64,000 bases of DNA from the IMG/VR virus record IMGVR_UViG_2617271113_000004, positions 96,001 to 160,000 of that record, one strand, 5' to 3'. The DNA is from a virus (Duplodnaviria; Caudoviricetes). Positions 47,765 to 57,348 of the stretch are shown one piece after another. Under the pieces are notes generated by a model. The model made no database searches, was not told the DNA's origin, and saw only the letters and a program-made list of their open reading frames with translations. The position numbers and the translations under genes are program-made. How positions within the stretch are numbered: position 1 is the stretch's first letter; each line of letters opens with the position of its first letter.

Positions 47765-48043
47765 TTGATTGATTCTGTTAAAGTAACATGTTGTACCTGT
47801 AAGAAAGAACTTATATCAGAATCACCATATGCAGATCAAAGAGAAGATAATTATTGTGATGAATGTCGTGGAGTGCGCTTGAAATTTATTAAAGAAAGAG
47901 CATTCACCGTTATACAAAATAAAGAGTACTTACCAAAAGAATATGCAAATATATTAATTGATGAAATTTTTCGTTTAGAAGAAATAAACCTAGCGTTACG
48001 AATAAACAGTGGCATTACAAAAGAAGGAGAGATTACGTTATGA
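47765..48043 (+). CDS. Hypothetical CxxC protein
   Basis: 92 aa with GGAGG RBS. Confidence 0.55.
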   Translation: MIDSVKVTCCTCKKELISESPYADQREDNYCDECRGVRLKFIKERAFTVIQNKEYLPKEYANILIDEIFRLEEINLALRINSGITKEGEITL

Positions 48044-48621
48044 TAAAAGGGTTAGATACAATTAGCTTTCATGATTTAGTTAAGAGTGACCAAGAACATG
48101 TTCTTGAAGTGATAAATGCTTTTGTAAGTCGACTTGAAGATATTTCAGGTATAGATATGTCACATTTATCAAAGCAAATGCTTAATGAATATGAAGAATT
48201 TAAAAAATCTAATATTGATAATAAGGAAACAAAAAATAATATAGAACCAATAGAGAAGAAAACTACCAATGAACATCCTTTCACGATATATAATGTCTTT
48301 CATGAATTAAAAATTAATGAAACTGCTAAAGGGAAAAATAGCGGAGTTAACATTATTAAAAACTTAGATGGAGAATATGTTGATGTAAATGGCAGTCCAA
48401 TACGAATGACTTCAGTCGTCATGAATGATGTGTATTATATTAAAAAAGAACCTACATTCAAGCTTGTAGAACTAGAAACAGCAATCGAAGCATTCAATCA
48501 AGGAAAAGAAATTATGATTGATTATGAACAATCGTATGTTATATCAAAAGAAGATCCTCACGTCATTATTCCATTTGCGGCATTTGTGGACGGTGCTTGG
48601 TATGTAAAGGGGGATATATAA
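48040..48621 (+). CDS. Hypothetical protein
   Basis: 193 aa ORF. Confidence 0.6.
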   Translation: MIKGLDTISFHDLVKSDQEHVLEVINAFVSRLEDISGIDMSHLSKQMLNEYEEFKKSNIDNKETKNNIEPIEKKTTNEHPFTIYNVFHELKINETAKGKNSGVNIIKNLDGEYVDVNGSPIRMTSVVMNDVYYIKKEPTFKLVELETAIEAFNQGKEIMIDYEQSYVISKEDPHVIIPFAAFVDGAWYVKGDI

Positions 48622-49578
48622 TTGAAAGTAAAACTGTTTACTCATACTGATTTGGATGGAGTTAGCTGCGCCTTACTAGCAAAACTTACTTTTGAAGCTA
48701 TTGATATTGTTTATTGTGATTATCATGATGTAGATGATTCTATACAAGACTTTATCCTATCGGATAATTTACTGCAATTTGATCGAGTTTTCATTACAGA
48801 TATTAATGTTAATGAAGCAACAGCAGAGATGATCGAGGCTTTAGATCTATCGAATAAATTTCAATTATTGGATCATCATTCCTCTGCAGACTGGCTTAAT
48901 AAATATGAGTGGGCATTAGTTAACGAATACTATAGTGATATAACTCAAACTTGTGGAACATCTATGTTATATGACTATATTCATAATTCTAATGATTTGT
49001 TTTATCAGCTACTTGCTTCTTGTAATCAAAAGATCATTGAACAGTACATTGAACTTGTGCGAAGATATGATACATGGGAATGGCAAACTATCTTTAACGA
49101 TTATGAAGCTAAATCACTAAATGATTTATTTTATATCTATGGCAGAGATCGATTTATAAGTAAATTCATGGATAAATTAAGGTTAACGAATGTCTTTGAT
49201 TTTAGTGATAATGAGAAAATGATCCTGGATCTGGAACAAGATAAAATACAAAATTACATTAATAAAATGGAAGATACTATAGCTCCTTTTCCTATCGGAA
49301 AATTCAAAGGAGGATTCCTCTTTGCTGAACAATATATTTCTGAGTTAGGAAATGCATTACACCAGAGAAATCCATTTTATGACTTTATTGCAATTATTAA
49401 TTTGCCTAGTAGAAAAGTGAGTTATCGAACGATCCATAATCACATTGATTTAGGGAAAGATATTGCATCACATTTTGGAGGAGGAGGTAGAGCTAAGACT
49501 GCTGGCAGTGAACTGAGTGACTCAATTATGACTCGTTTAATGGAAGCTATCTTACAAACTTCTGATTCAACTAATTAA
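48622..49578 (+). CDS. DHH-family phosphoesterase / oligoribonuclease-like
   Basis: HTDLDG, ITD, LDHH, SYRT and GGGG..TAG motifs. Confidence 0.9.
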   Translation: MKVKLFTHTDLDGVSCALLAKLTFEAIDIVYCDYHDVDDSIQDFILSDNLLQFDRVFITDINVNEATAEMIEALDLSNKFQLLDHHSSADWLNKYEWALVNEYYSDITQTCGTSMLYDYIHNSNDLFYQLLASCNQKIIEQYIELVRRYDTWEWQTIFNDYEAKSLNDLFYIYGRDRFISKFMDKLRLTNVFDFSDNEKMILDLEQDKIQNYINKMEDTIAPFPIGKFKGGFLFAEQYISELGNALHQRNPFYDFIAIINLPSRKVSYRTIHNHIDLGKDIASHFGGGGRAKTAGSELSDSIMTRLMEAILQTSDSTN

Positions 49579-49593
49579 TAAAGGAATGATAAT

Positions 49594-50448
49594 ATGAAGA
49601 AAGAAAGGCTATATAATATAGAAGAATATCATTGCTTAGATATTATATCTTTATATTCCAATATTAATGCCCATGCTAAAGCAATAAACGGCTTACCACA
49701 GAATCATTCGGAAGTATTCAACAAAAGAGGTTGGATGCTTCCTTTTTTATTTTCCTATGATACTCTCCTTTGGAAAAGATGGGATTATTGGTTTGAAATT
49801 ATTGAAAAGGGTACTATCGATGGTAGTGGTCCAATCCCCCAAATCAAGTGGGCAAATACAGGAAGTAATGAAGTGCAAGAAACTAGTAAAATGTTACAAC
49901 ACTGCTTAAACCATTATGAAGCTAATATAGATAACTTTGCAGATTGGTTGATTTGGGGATTATCAATCAATAAAGAAACAAATATAAATCACATCTCCCA
50001 AAACCTGAATGAACATTATTATAGAGCATTTGATTTATTTCTTGTTTTAAAATATCCAACTGATTACCTTAGTCACATACTCACAGAAGAGACCGGAAAA
50101 GGTTACAAGAGTGGATTAGGATATTATCCAACACCATTTAGTATTTCTGAAATGATGGTTAAGATGTCCTTTAGTGATGACAAAAGCTACAAAACAGAAA
50201 CTGTTAATGATCCATGTATAGGTTGTGGTGCCATGCTATTACCTGCCTCAAACTATACATTAAGAGGGTATGGGCAAGATATTAGTAAGATAGCAATTTC
50301 TTTAGCTACTATCCAGATGTATTGGTACGCTCCTTGGTATGCATTCCATCCAAATAATTTAAAAGGATTTAATGATTTCAAAGATATCATAATGATCAAT
50401 TCTAACAATAAAAAACAAAAAGAAGGTCAATATGCTTTCAATCTTTAA
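49594..50448 (+). CDS. Partial N6-DNA-methyltransferase-like protein
   Basis: YYPTP and DPCIGCGAML (motif I), YGQDI; no NPPY-type motif IV before the stop. Confidence 0.65.
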   Translation: MKKERLYNIEEYHCLDIISLYSNINAHAKAINGLPQNHSEVFNKRGWMLPFLFSYDTLLWKRWDYWFEIIEKGTIDGSGPIPQIKWANTGSNEVQETSKMLQHCLNHYEANIDNFADWLIWGLSINKETNINHISQNLNEHYYRAFDLFLVLKYPTDYLSHILTEETGKGYKSGLGYYPTPFSISEMMVKMSFSDDKSYKTETVNDPCIGCGAMLLPASNYTLRGYGQDISKIAISLATIQMYWYAPWYAFHPNNLKGFNDFKDIIMINSNNKKQKEGQYAFNL

Positions 50449-50635
50449 AAGAGGTGTTCTTGTGCAATTATTTATGACTGAATTAGATTACCATTATTTC
50501 AAATTAGGTTGTTTTTGCATAGGTTATATAAATAAACCATCAAGCGATAATCATGTACGAAAAATAAATATACTAAAAGAAGAAGTTATTCAAGATTTAG
50601 GAGAGCGCAGATTGCTACTGAAAAAGTCTTGCTAA
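50432..50635 (+). CDS. Hypothetical protein
   Basis: Short ORF. Confidence 0.4.
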   Translation: MLSIFKRGVLVQLFMTELDYHYFKLGCFCIGYINKPSSDNHVRKINILKEEVIQDLGERRLLLKKSC

Positions 50636-50639
50636 TAAT

Positions 50640-50701
50640 TGTAATGCATTTCATTTTTATTATTGTAATGCCTTGCATAAACTTAGGGAAAGTGATAACA
50701 T
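50640..50701 (+). promoter_or_regulatory. sigmaA-type promoter with two operator copies
   Basis: TTGCAT-N17-TAACAT (50673-50701); operators at 50640 and 50664. Confidence 0.65.
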
Positions 50702-50709
50702 AAGGTAAG

Positions 50710-51426
50710 ATGCAGGGGGAACACAAAGGAGTTTATTTAATGAAGAAATTCAGAGGAAAAACGATCATTGTATCCGCTATTGCATTCTCATTGCTTTTAG
50801 TGACTTCATATCAGTTCTATTCTTATATTTTGAACCATAATCAATTGAAAATAGAACATAAGGATATTCAAAATAAGAATAAAGAACAGAAAAAAATTAT
50901 TCATCAATTACAAACTGAAAACGAAGAAAAGTCTTCCAAAATCGAACAGCATAAGTCAACGATTGAAGACAAAAATAAAGTAATTGATGAACAGGAACAA
51001 AAAATTGAAGAACTAAAAGAGAAAAGAAACAAACTACAAGAAGAGCTTCAAGTAAAGCGAGATTCAGTAGAGCAAACTAGTCAGCTAACTACACTTGTTA
51101 AAACTACTTCAACAAATGGTGGTTGGAAAGATTTTAAAGCTACCTATTATGACGCTAATTATCAATCCACTGGAAAATATCCAGGAGATACCGGATATGG
51201 TAAAACAGCGAGTGGAAGGACAGTAACTGAAGGAGTAACGATTGCTGTAGATCCTGATGTGATTCCATTAGGTTCTTGGGTTTTAGTTAAGTATCCTGAT
51301 GGAAGAGTGGAAAAAAGAAGAGCTGATGATACTGGATCTGCTATTAATGGGAATAAAATAGATATCTATGTTCCTAAAGCTACACTTTCTAGTGGAAAGC
51401 ATAATGTGAAAGTAAAAATATTGTAA
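50710..51426 (+). CDS. Secreted coiled-coil + 3D-domain protein (cell-wall lytic transglycosylase-like)
   Basis: TM segment, coiled coil, ATYY..G.TASG, IAVDP.VIPLG and DTG.AI.GNKIDI. Confidence 0.88.
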   Translation: MQGEHKGVYLMKKFRGKTIIVSAIAFSLLLVTSYQFYSYILNHNQLKIEHKDIQNKNKEQKKIIHQLQTENEEKSSKIEQHKSTIEDKNKVIDEQEQKIEELKEKRNKLQEELQVKRDSVEQTSQLTTLVKTTSTNGGWKDFKATYYDANYQSTGKYPGDTGYGKTASGRTVTEGVTIAVDPDVIPLGSWVLVKYPDGRVEKRRADDTGSAINGNKIDIYVPKATLSSGKHNVKVKIL

Positions 51427-51440
51427 GGGGGACGATTCTT

Positions 51441-51689
51441 TTGCAGGGAGAAGACAATTTTGATTTTATAAGCGAGGTTCTACCAGAAGGTAATCAACAG
51501 AAACAATTCGAAAATGAAGAAACAACTACAAAAGTAACAGAAGCCGATTATATTACTACTTCATATCTCCTTACTAATGTAATTATGAACATTCTTATTG
51601 AAAGAGGAATCACAACACAGAAAGAAATAAATGGAATATTGAAAGAGGTTCATGCCGATTTTCAAGATAAAAGGAGGGGGTTATCATAA
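51441..51689 (+). CDS. Hypothetical protein
   Basis: 82 aa with GGGGG RBS. Confidence 0.6.
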   Translation: MQGEDNFDFISEVLPEGNQQKQFENEETTTKVTEADYITTSYLLTNVIMNILIERGITTQKEINGILKEVHADFQDKRRGLS

Positions 51690-52054
51690 ATTTATTTGAT
51701 GAAATTAGAAATAATTCTACCCATTTCTCGGAACAGATTAAGATGGAGTCTAAACATTTAGATGAGGTGACAATCGCAGGTGAAATTCTCTCTGTTATTT
51801 CACCAACTTCCGAAAATATGAAATACCTTTCATCTCATTATATATTAGAAATTGATGATAAAGTGGGATCCATATTTGTTTACGTTTCATCACTCATGAA
51901 AAATCATTATCCATTTTTAGAATCAAATCAGTTTGTTTCCTTAAAGGGATATGTAAATGTATTGTATCGGAAAATTGGTGAAGAAAATCATAAAGAATGC
52001 TCTATTGTAGCTTATGAAGCTAAAGATATTCGGCTGCAGGAGCTTTCAAGTTGA
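51686..52054 (+). CDS. OB-fold nucleic-acid-binding protein, probable ATA start
   Basis: VTIAG.I...LEIDD..GSI.V.V...V.LKG.V; frame open to ATA behind AAGGAGGGGG. Confidence 0.65.
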   Translation: MNLFDEIRNNSTHFSEQIKMESKHLDEVTIAGEILSVISPTSENMKYLSSHYILEIDDKVGSIFVYVSSLMKNHYPFLESNQFVSLKGYVNVLYRKIGEENHKECSIVAYEAKDIRLQELSS

Positions 52055-52233
52055 GAAATGTATTAGTCTTTCCTGATAATTATGAGTTAGACTTCACTTA
52101 TCCTTCAGACAGAACTCTTGAAGAAGGAACAAGACTTTATGTACGAATGTCAGATAGCACTACCAATTTAGTTGAAATAACTAATATTTCTCAGCAAGAA
52201 AGTGCTATTTACTATTATTTAATACTAATCTAA
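52051..52233 (+). CDS. Hypothetical protein
   Basis: 60 aa, coupled. Confidence 0.55.
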   Translation: MRNVLVFPDNYELDFTYPSDRTLEEGTRLYVRMSDSTTNLVEITNISQQESAIYYYLILI

Positions 52234-52295
52234 ACCGCCTGTCGGCTTATTTAGTAGAAATTATAAAAAATGAAAATTCGAGAGGAGAATGAATA

Positions 52296-53015
52296 ATGAA
52301 CAACAATTTTAACGGTGGTTTTAACCCTGGACAACAACAAGGATTCCCTCCACAACCTAACGGGAACTTCAATCCTAATCAAAACATGAACGGAGGAAAT
52401 CAAGGAGGTAATTCTGGATCAAATTCCAATAAGCCTTCATATAATAAATTTGTTGTTTTAGCAAATTTAACAAAAGATCCTGAAGGTAAAACAGTGAATA
52501 ATAGCAAAGTTGCTTCATCAAGCATCGCAGTTAATCATCCAAACAATCAAACTGATTTCTGGGATATTGAAGTATGGGTAAATCAAGGAAATAGTTCCGG
52601 TACACATGATTTCCTATTAGATTATTGTAAGAAAGGTCGTCAGCTGCTAATTGAAGGAGAACCTTACCTCAAACGTCGTAAAAGACAAATAAACGGTCAA
52701 GATGTATTAGATCAAAACGGAAAAGGTGTTTATGATTACTATCCAACAATTAAAGTAACTAATCTTACTGGACTTGCTGGTGGTCAGTCAAATAATAATA
52801 ACAATAGTAATCAAGGTAATCAGCAACAAGGGCAGCAGAACAATTTTAATCAACAAGCACCACAGCCAAATGGTGGTTTTAATCCACAGCAACAGCAAGG
52901 AGGATTTGCTCCACAAGGGAACTTTGGTGCCCCACAAGGTGCTCCAGGAATGCAACAAGGGGCTCCAAACGGACAAGGTTTTGGTCCTCCAAGTGGACAA
53001 TTCATTCAAAGATAG
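52296..53015 (+). CDS. ssb: Single-stranded DNA-binding protein with N/Q/G/P-rich termini
   Basis: NK..VL.NLTKDPE, IAVN, TDF..I.VW and KG..L.IEG motifs. Confidence 0.85.
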   Translation: MNNNFNGGFNPGQQQGFPPQPNGNFNPNQNMNGGNQGGNSGSNSNKPSYNKFVVLANLTKDPEGKTVNNSKVASSSIAVNHPNNQTDFWDIEVWVNQGNSSGTHDFLLDYCKKGRQLLIEGEPYLKRRKRQINGQDVLDQNGKGVYDYYPTIKVTNLTGLAGGQSNNNNNSNQGNQQQGQQNNFNQQAPQPNGGFNPQQQQGGFAPQGNFGAPQGAPGMQQGAPNGQGFGPPSGQFIQR

Positions 53016-53023
53016 GATGATTA

Positions 53024-53386
53024 ATGATGTCTCGTAAGAAGCCTAAAATTTTATATGCCTTTCATCGTTTTATGGAAGGCATATTCTCTTATTATTTAGA
53101 TAAAGGTATGGCTAAAAACAATGCAAAGTTGCGCATGTACAAAGAGACATATGAAACATGTCTAGATTTTGCAAAAAAGGAAAAAGACATACCTGACCAT
53201 GCTTTAATTGCAACCATGCAACACGCATCTCGTCATTTAAATCAACGTGGTATAAGTTTGTCTGAAACTCTTAAAAAAGATCCCTCCAATTCCAATAAAG
53301 AAGAGATTAGAATAGCTCTTCATTCAATCAAGAAAGTAAAAGATGCTGCTGACGAATTTATTACTACATACAGAGGTGAAAGTTAA
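53024..53386 (+). CDS. Hypothetical protein
   Basis: 120 aa ORF. Confidence 0.6.
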   Translation: MMSRKKPKILYAFHRFMEGIFSYYLDKGMAKNNAKLRMYKETYETCLDFAKKEKDIPDHALIATMQHASRHLNQRGISLSETLKKDPSNSNKEEIRIALHSIKKVKDAADEFITTYRGES

Positions 53387-54477
53387 TGTCAAAATTCAAA
53401 CAAACATTAAATAAAAAACTTGGTGATGGTACCGTTTTTTCATTTGGGGATAGTGAAACATTAAGAATTCAACCAGTACCTACCGGAATCCCGAGTTTAG
53501 ATTATGCATTAGGTATAGGCGGTTTTCCCTTAGGTCGTATTGTAGAAATTTATGGTCCTGAGTCTTCTGGCAAAACAACAGTAGCACTTCAAACTATTGC
53601 AAAATATCAAGAGTTAGCAAAGAATCCAGATCATCCTTTCTCTAAAAAGAAAGAGGTTCTCTACATTGATGCTGAAAATGCTCTAGATCCAGTTCATGTT
53701 GAGAATATTGGAGTAGATGTTTCTGATGAAACTGGCATGCTTATTAATCAACCTGATTATGGGGAGCAAGCATTCGATACTATGGAGACCGCAATTCACT
53801 CTGGTGAAGTAGGTTTGATCGTAGTGGATTCTGTAGCTAACTTAGTCCCTAAAAAGGAATTAGAAGGAAGTAATGAGGATCAACAAATGGGATTACTAGC
53901 ACGGATTATGTCTAAAGGTCTTCGTAAAATTACAGGACCTGCTAGAGAGAACAACACATTAATTATCTTTATTAATCAAATACGTGAAAAAGTTGGAGTG
54001 ATGTATGGTAATCCCGAAACGACTCCTGGAGGACGATCTTTACGTTTCTATGCTTCTGTGAGGATGCATATTAATAAAAAGGAAATTAAAAAAGGTGATG
54101 TGGTTTTAGGACATACCATGAACTTTAACATTAAGAAAAATAAAGTAGCACGACCATTTACAAAGTCAGAGGTAGATTATTATTATGACACTTTATTTGA
54201 TATGACCAAGGATATTATGAATGTTGCAATGGGAATGGGTATTATAAACCGAGCAGGGGCTTATTATTATTATGGACAAGATAGTAAAAAACCTTATAAA
54301 GATGATATGGGGAATGAACTCAAATGGATGGGAAAAGATTCGGTAGAACTAGCCTTAAAACAAAGCCCAGCTTTATTTAAATATACAAATGATATTGTGC
54401 AGGGTAGAATTCCAAAGGATGCACAATTCGTAGATGAAGAACCACAAGAAGAACCTCCTGAAGAATTATTAGTATAA
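53386..54477 (+). CDS. recA: RecA recombinase
   Basis: GRIVEIYGPESSGKTT, IDAE.ALDP, VVDSVA and FINQIREKVGVMYGNPETTPGG. Confidence 0.97.
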   Translation: MSKFKQTLNKKLGDGTVFSFGDSETLRIQPVPTGIPSLDYALGIGGFPLGRIVEIYGPESSGKTTVALQTIAKYQELAKNPDHPFSKKKEVLYIDAENALDPVHVENIGVDVSDETGMLINQPDYGEQAFDTMETAIHSGEVGLIVVDSVANLVPKKELEGSNEDQQMGLLARIMSKGLRKITGPARENNTLIIFINQIREKVGVMYGNPETTPGGRSLRFYASVRMHINKKEIKKGDVVLGHTMNFNIKKNKVARPFTKSEVDYYYDTLFDMTKDIMNVAMGMGIINRAGAYYYYGQDSKKPYKDDMGNELKWMGKDSVELALKQSPALFKYTNDIVQGRIPKDAQFVDEEPQEEPPEELLV

Positions 54478-54497
54478 TGATGAGGGAGTGAATAGAT

Positions 54498-55121
54498 ATG
54501 AAAGATGAAATACCTTTTGACATGAATGATGTTGATCCTATTTATTTTAATCCTAAATATTATGATTATGAACCTAGCTATACGACGCTGCATAATGGCA
54601 CTAGTCACTTTCATTTAAGAACATCTATCTTAACATGTGAAACTTGTGGCATGTATCTTTCAAATGAACCCTTACCATTAAATAATATGAATGCCACTTT
54701 AATGATTATTGGAGAATCACCAACTGATGTTCAATTTGAAACAAGTAACGGTGAAATACTAGCCACAGCATTGAAACAAGTACATGTGAATTTTGATGAT
54801 ATCTACTTAACAGCTGCGAGAAAATCAGTTGAGACTCAGAGGGTTTGTGACCATCATTTGTCTAGTGAATTAATTGTTGTTCATCCTCTTATGATCATCG
54901 CTTTAGGTTATGAAGTGGGCGCAGCGATTACAGATCATGTACAAGCACCTGGACAGGGTTTTACTCTTTCCAACGGCTCTGATTTATTGGTTACAAATAG
55001 CTTATCTGAGATATTGCAAAGTCCTTCACTTTACCAGCCATTCATCAATCATTTACAGATAGCATGCAACCAGTGGGAAATACGTAAACAACAAAGGAGC
55101 TTAAGTTATGAAAGAGTATAA
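54498..55121 (+). CDS. Family-4 uracil-DNA glycosylase-like protein, degenerate
   Basis: CETC, LMIIGESP, IYLT and IIALG; canonical N and HP motifs replaced. Confidence 0.7.
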   Translation: MKDEIPFDMNDVDPIYFNPKYYDYEPSYTTLHNGTSHFHLRTSILTCETCGMYLSNEPLPLNNMNATLMIIGESPTDVQFETSNGEILATALKQVHVNFDDIYLTAARKSVETQRVCDHHLSSELIVVHPLMIIALGYEVGAAITDHVQAPGQGFTLSNGSDLLVTNSLSEILQSPSLYQPFINHLQIACNQWEIRKQQRSLSYERV

Positions 55122-55290
55122 GTTATCACAAGTAGCAAAAATGTTAAATGTTCATAGAGACACTATTTTGTATTGGGAAGAAAATAAAATGATTCCTAAA
55201 CCTAGAAGAAATCCAAAAAATAATTATAGAACTTATAATGAAAAAGAGATAAAATTAATTAGTGACATTCGAGGAGTTAAAATAAGTTAA
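55108..55290 (+). CDS. MerR-type HTH protein
   Basis: QVAKMLNVHRDTILYWE...PRR..NNYR.Y. Confidence 0.85.
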   Translation: MKEYKLSQVAKMLNVHRDTILYWEENKMIPKPRRNPKNNYRTYNEKEIKLISDIRGVKIS

Positions 55291-55380
55291 AATTCAAATG
55301 ATCTCACGTAAGTTTAAGGCCTCTCCGTATGAATGACTCATTTGAAATTTGATATCCTTTTAACCTCTATATGAAATGCT

Positions 55381-55410
55381 TTTACAAATGTAAAGATGTA
55401 ATGTATTATA
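55381..55410 (+). promoter_or_regulatory. sigmaA-type promoter overlapped by an operator variant
   Basis: TTTACA-N17-TATTAT; TGTAATGTATTATA at 55397-55410. Confidence 0.6.
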
Positions 55411-55460
55411 AAACAAGATATGAGGTATTGTAATGTCATCATATAGAAAGGGGTATTTAT

Positions 55461-56021
55461 ATGGCTGAAAAAGAGGCTTTTTTAAAGAATCTAAGTAAGA
55501 GTGAATTAAAGGTTCACGATTATATTAAGGAAAAATCTGCTCAATCTGATGGACGCTTTCAACAATCTATGAGTAAAATTGGAGACGCCTTAGGGATTAG
55601 TGAAGCTACTGTACATCGTGCGGTTAGACGCTTAAAAAAAGATGGCATTATCGGTATTATTCCTTCTCAAGAAAAGGCAGAGTCTAATCATATTGTTTAC
55701 TATGGTGTCCCAGATGAAGAGGAGCAAGTAAATACCATCATTTCAATGGCTAGTGATCTTTCAAGCAGTATTAATCGTTTTCAAACTTTAATGGAAGTCA
55801 AAGATCAAACGATTCGTACAATGGAAAAAGAGCGTGACAGATTAATTAAACAAGTAGAAGAGCAGCAGACAGAATTAGAAAATTACAAACAAGTTGCTGA
55901 AAAGATGACACAAATTGTTGCCTCTTACGAAAAAGGTATGCCTGTTTTTAGTGACTCTAAAATCATTGGCTATACCGAACTTGATGACGGAAGTAGTGCT
56001 TTAATTTTCAAGGAAAAATAA
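55461..56021 (+). CDS. Winged-HTH + coiled-coil regulator
   Basis: IGDALGISEATVHRAVRRLKKDGII. Confidence 0.8.
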   Translation: MAEKEAFLKNLSKSELKVHDYIKEKSAQSDGRFQQSMSKIGDALGISEATVHRAVRRLKKDGIIGIIPSQEKAESNHIVYYGVPDEEEQVNTIISMASDLSSSINRFQTLMEVKDQTIRTMEKERDRLIKQVEEQQTELENYKQVAEKMTQIVASYEKGMPVFSDSKIIGYTELDDGSSALIFKEK

Positions 56022-56027
56022 GAAAGG

Positions 56028-56285
56028 TTGTGTCTTTTAAATATGCAACTGATTGATTCAATAAATTTAAACGAGAAAGCAGAAACGATTGCAGACCAGG
56101 TTTTTTTCATGATATCAAATATGGAATATCACTCTTCAAAGAATGATATTCCTGAGTTTCTGGATCACCTTAAAGAAGAATTAAGAGAAGACCCTCTTCT
56201 TTATCCAATGATATTAACAAGTCTTGAGCGCATTTTTCAAGATAAATTAAACCAGTTGTGTGATAAAGCAATAAAACACTCGTAA
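56028..56285 (+). CDS. Hypothetical protein
   Basis: 85 aa ORF. Confidence 0.55.
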   Translation: MCLLNMQLIDSINLNEKAETIADQVFFMISNMEYHSSKNDIPEFLDHLKEELREDPLLYPMILTSLERIFQDKLNQLCDKAIKHS

Positions 56286-56319
56286 TGAGTCTAAATTGAT
56301 TTTTCAGGGGGTGTATTGA

Positions 56320-56802
56320 ATGGTATTACACAGATTGCTTTTAGAAGACATCAATGAATGGGAAAGAATATGCGAGAAACTCAATGAACAAAACAATAAC
56401 CTTAAAGTTCCCTTAGAAAACAATACCACTACTCTACATCAATTTAATATGGATTTAAGTGATTTATTCACCGAGGTTAATTACTACTTTGGTAAAGCAA
56501 GAAGAAATAAAGATGCTATTTCAAGAATAATTGAGAATGTGCTAAAGGATCTATATAAAGGTCAAAATGATTTAGCAAGAAAGGCAGCTGGAATTCAACT
56601 AGCACAAAGATATCCTGTTCCAGATACAGCAAAACCTTATTACCCGGAGGATTTTGTGAATTTATTTGAACTTGAAGACCAAATAAATGCTTATTACTAT
56701 GCATTAGATGCTGCCTTAAAATCTTTAAATCATAAGGCGAGTGCTAAAATCACCAATAACTCAATACTTAATATTGAAAGGTCATTACTCCCAAGTAGTT
56801 AA
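56320..56802 (+). CDS. Hypothetical helical protein
   Basis: 160 aa with GGGGG RBS. Confidence 0.6.
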   Translation: MVLHRLLLEDINEWERICEKLNEQNNNLKVPLENNTTTLHQFNMDLSDLFTEVNYYFGKARRNKDAISRIIENVLKDLYKGQNDLARKAAGIQLAQRYPVPDTAKPYYPEDFVNLFELEDQINAYYYALDAALKSLNHKASAKITNNSILNIERSLLPSS

Positions 56803-56814
56803 AGGAGTTACATT

Positions 56815-57348
56815 ATGAGTGAATGTAGGTTTATAACCGAATGTGCAAATGCGAATAAATCTTGCTATAAATGCTTTGATTATAATATGTATAGTTCAAA
56901 AAAAGAAAGAGTACCTCTACGTGCAAGGTCTCTCACAAATAAACAGAAGAAAAGTGGGATTGACTTTGAAAATAGAGGAACTAAACAATATAATTCTGCA
57001 ATTAAGCAATCAAAAGATGCAGCTCGTAGACAAATTGCATCTGGTGCTTTGCATTTTGCACTAGGAGATATGATAACTGAAGAAGATCTAACTGCATCTT
57101 TAGCGGAATTCAAAGAAAGGGGATCTAAAGATGCTAAGGGATCCAAACAGATTACCATCAAAAAAGAGTGGCTTGATGGTATTAAAGAAGAAGCCCACAA
57201 TATGGGGAAAGATTATTATTATCTTCCTTTTAGTTTTAAAGGAAGTGATACGGATTATGTTGCAATGGAGTATGAAATGTTACTTTCTTATGTACAAACT
57301 ATCCAAATGCTTGTTGAGCAAAATAAGATTCTTCAAGAAAGGGGATAG
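56815..57348 (+). CDS. Holliday-junction-resolvase-like PD-(D/E)xK nuclease
   Basis: G.DFE.R, R..ASGA, GD, EFK and ITIKKEWL motifs. Confidence 0.75.
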   Translation: MSECRFITECANANKSCYKCFDYNMYSSKKERVPLRARSLTNKQKKSGIDFENRGTKQYNSAIKQSKDAARRQIASGALHFALGDMITEEDLTASLAEFKERGSKDAKGSKQITIKKEWLDGIKEEAHNMGKDYYYLPFSFKGSDTDYVAMEYEMLLSYVQTIQMLVEQNKILQERG

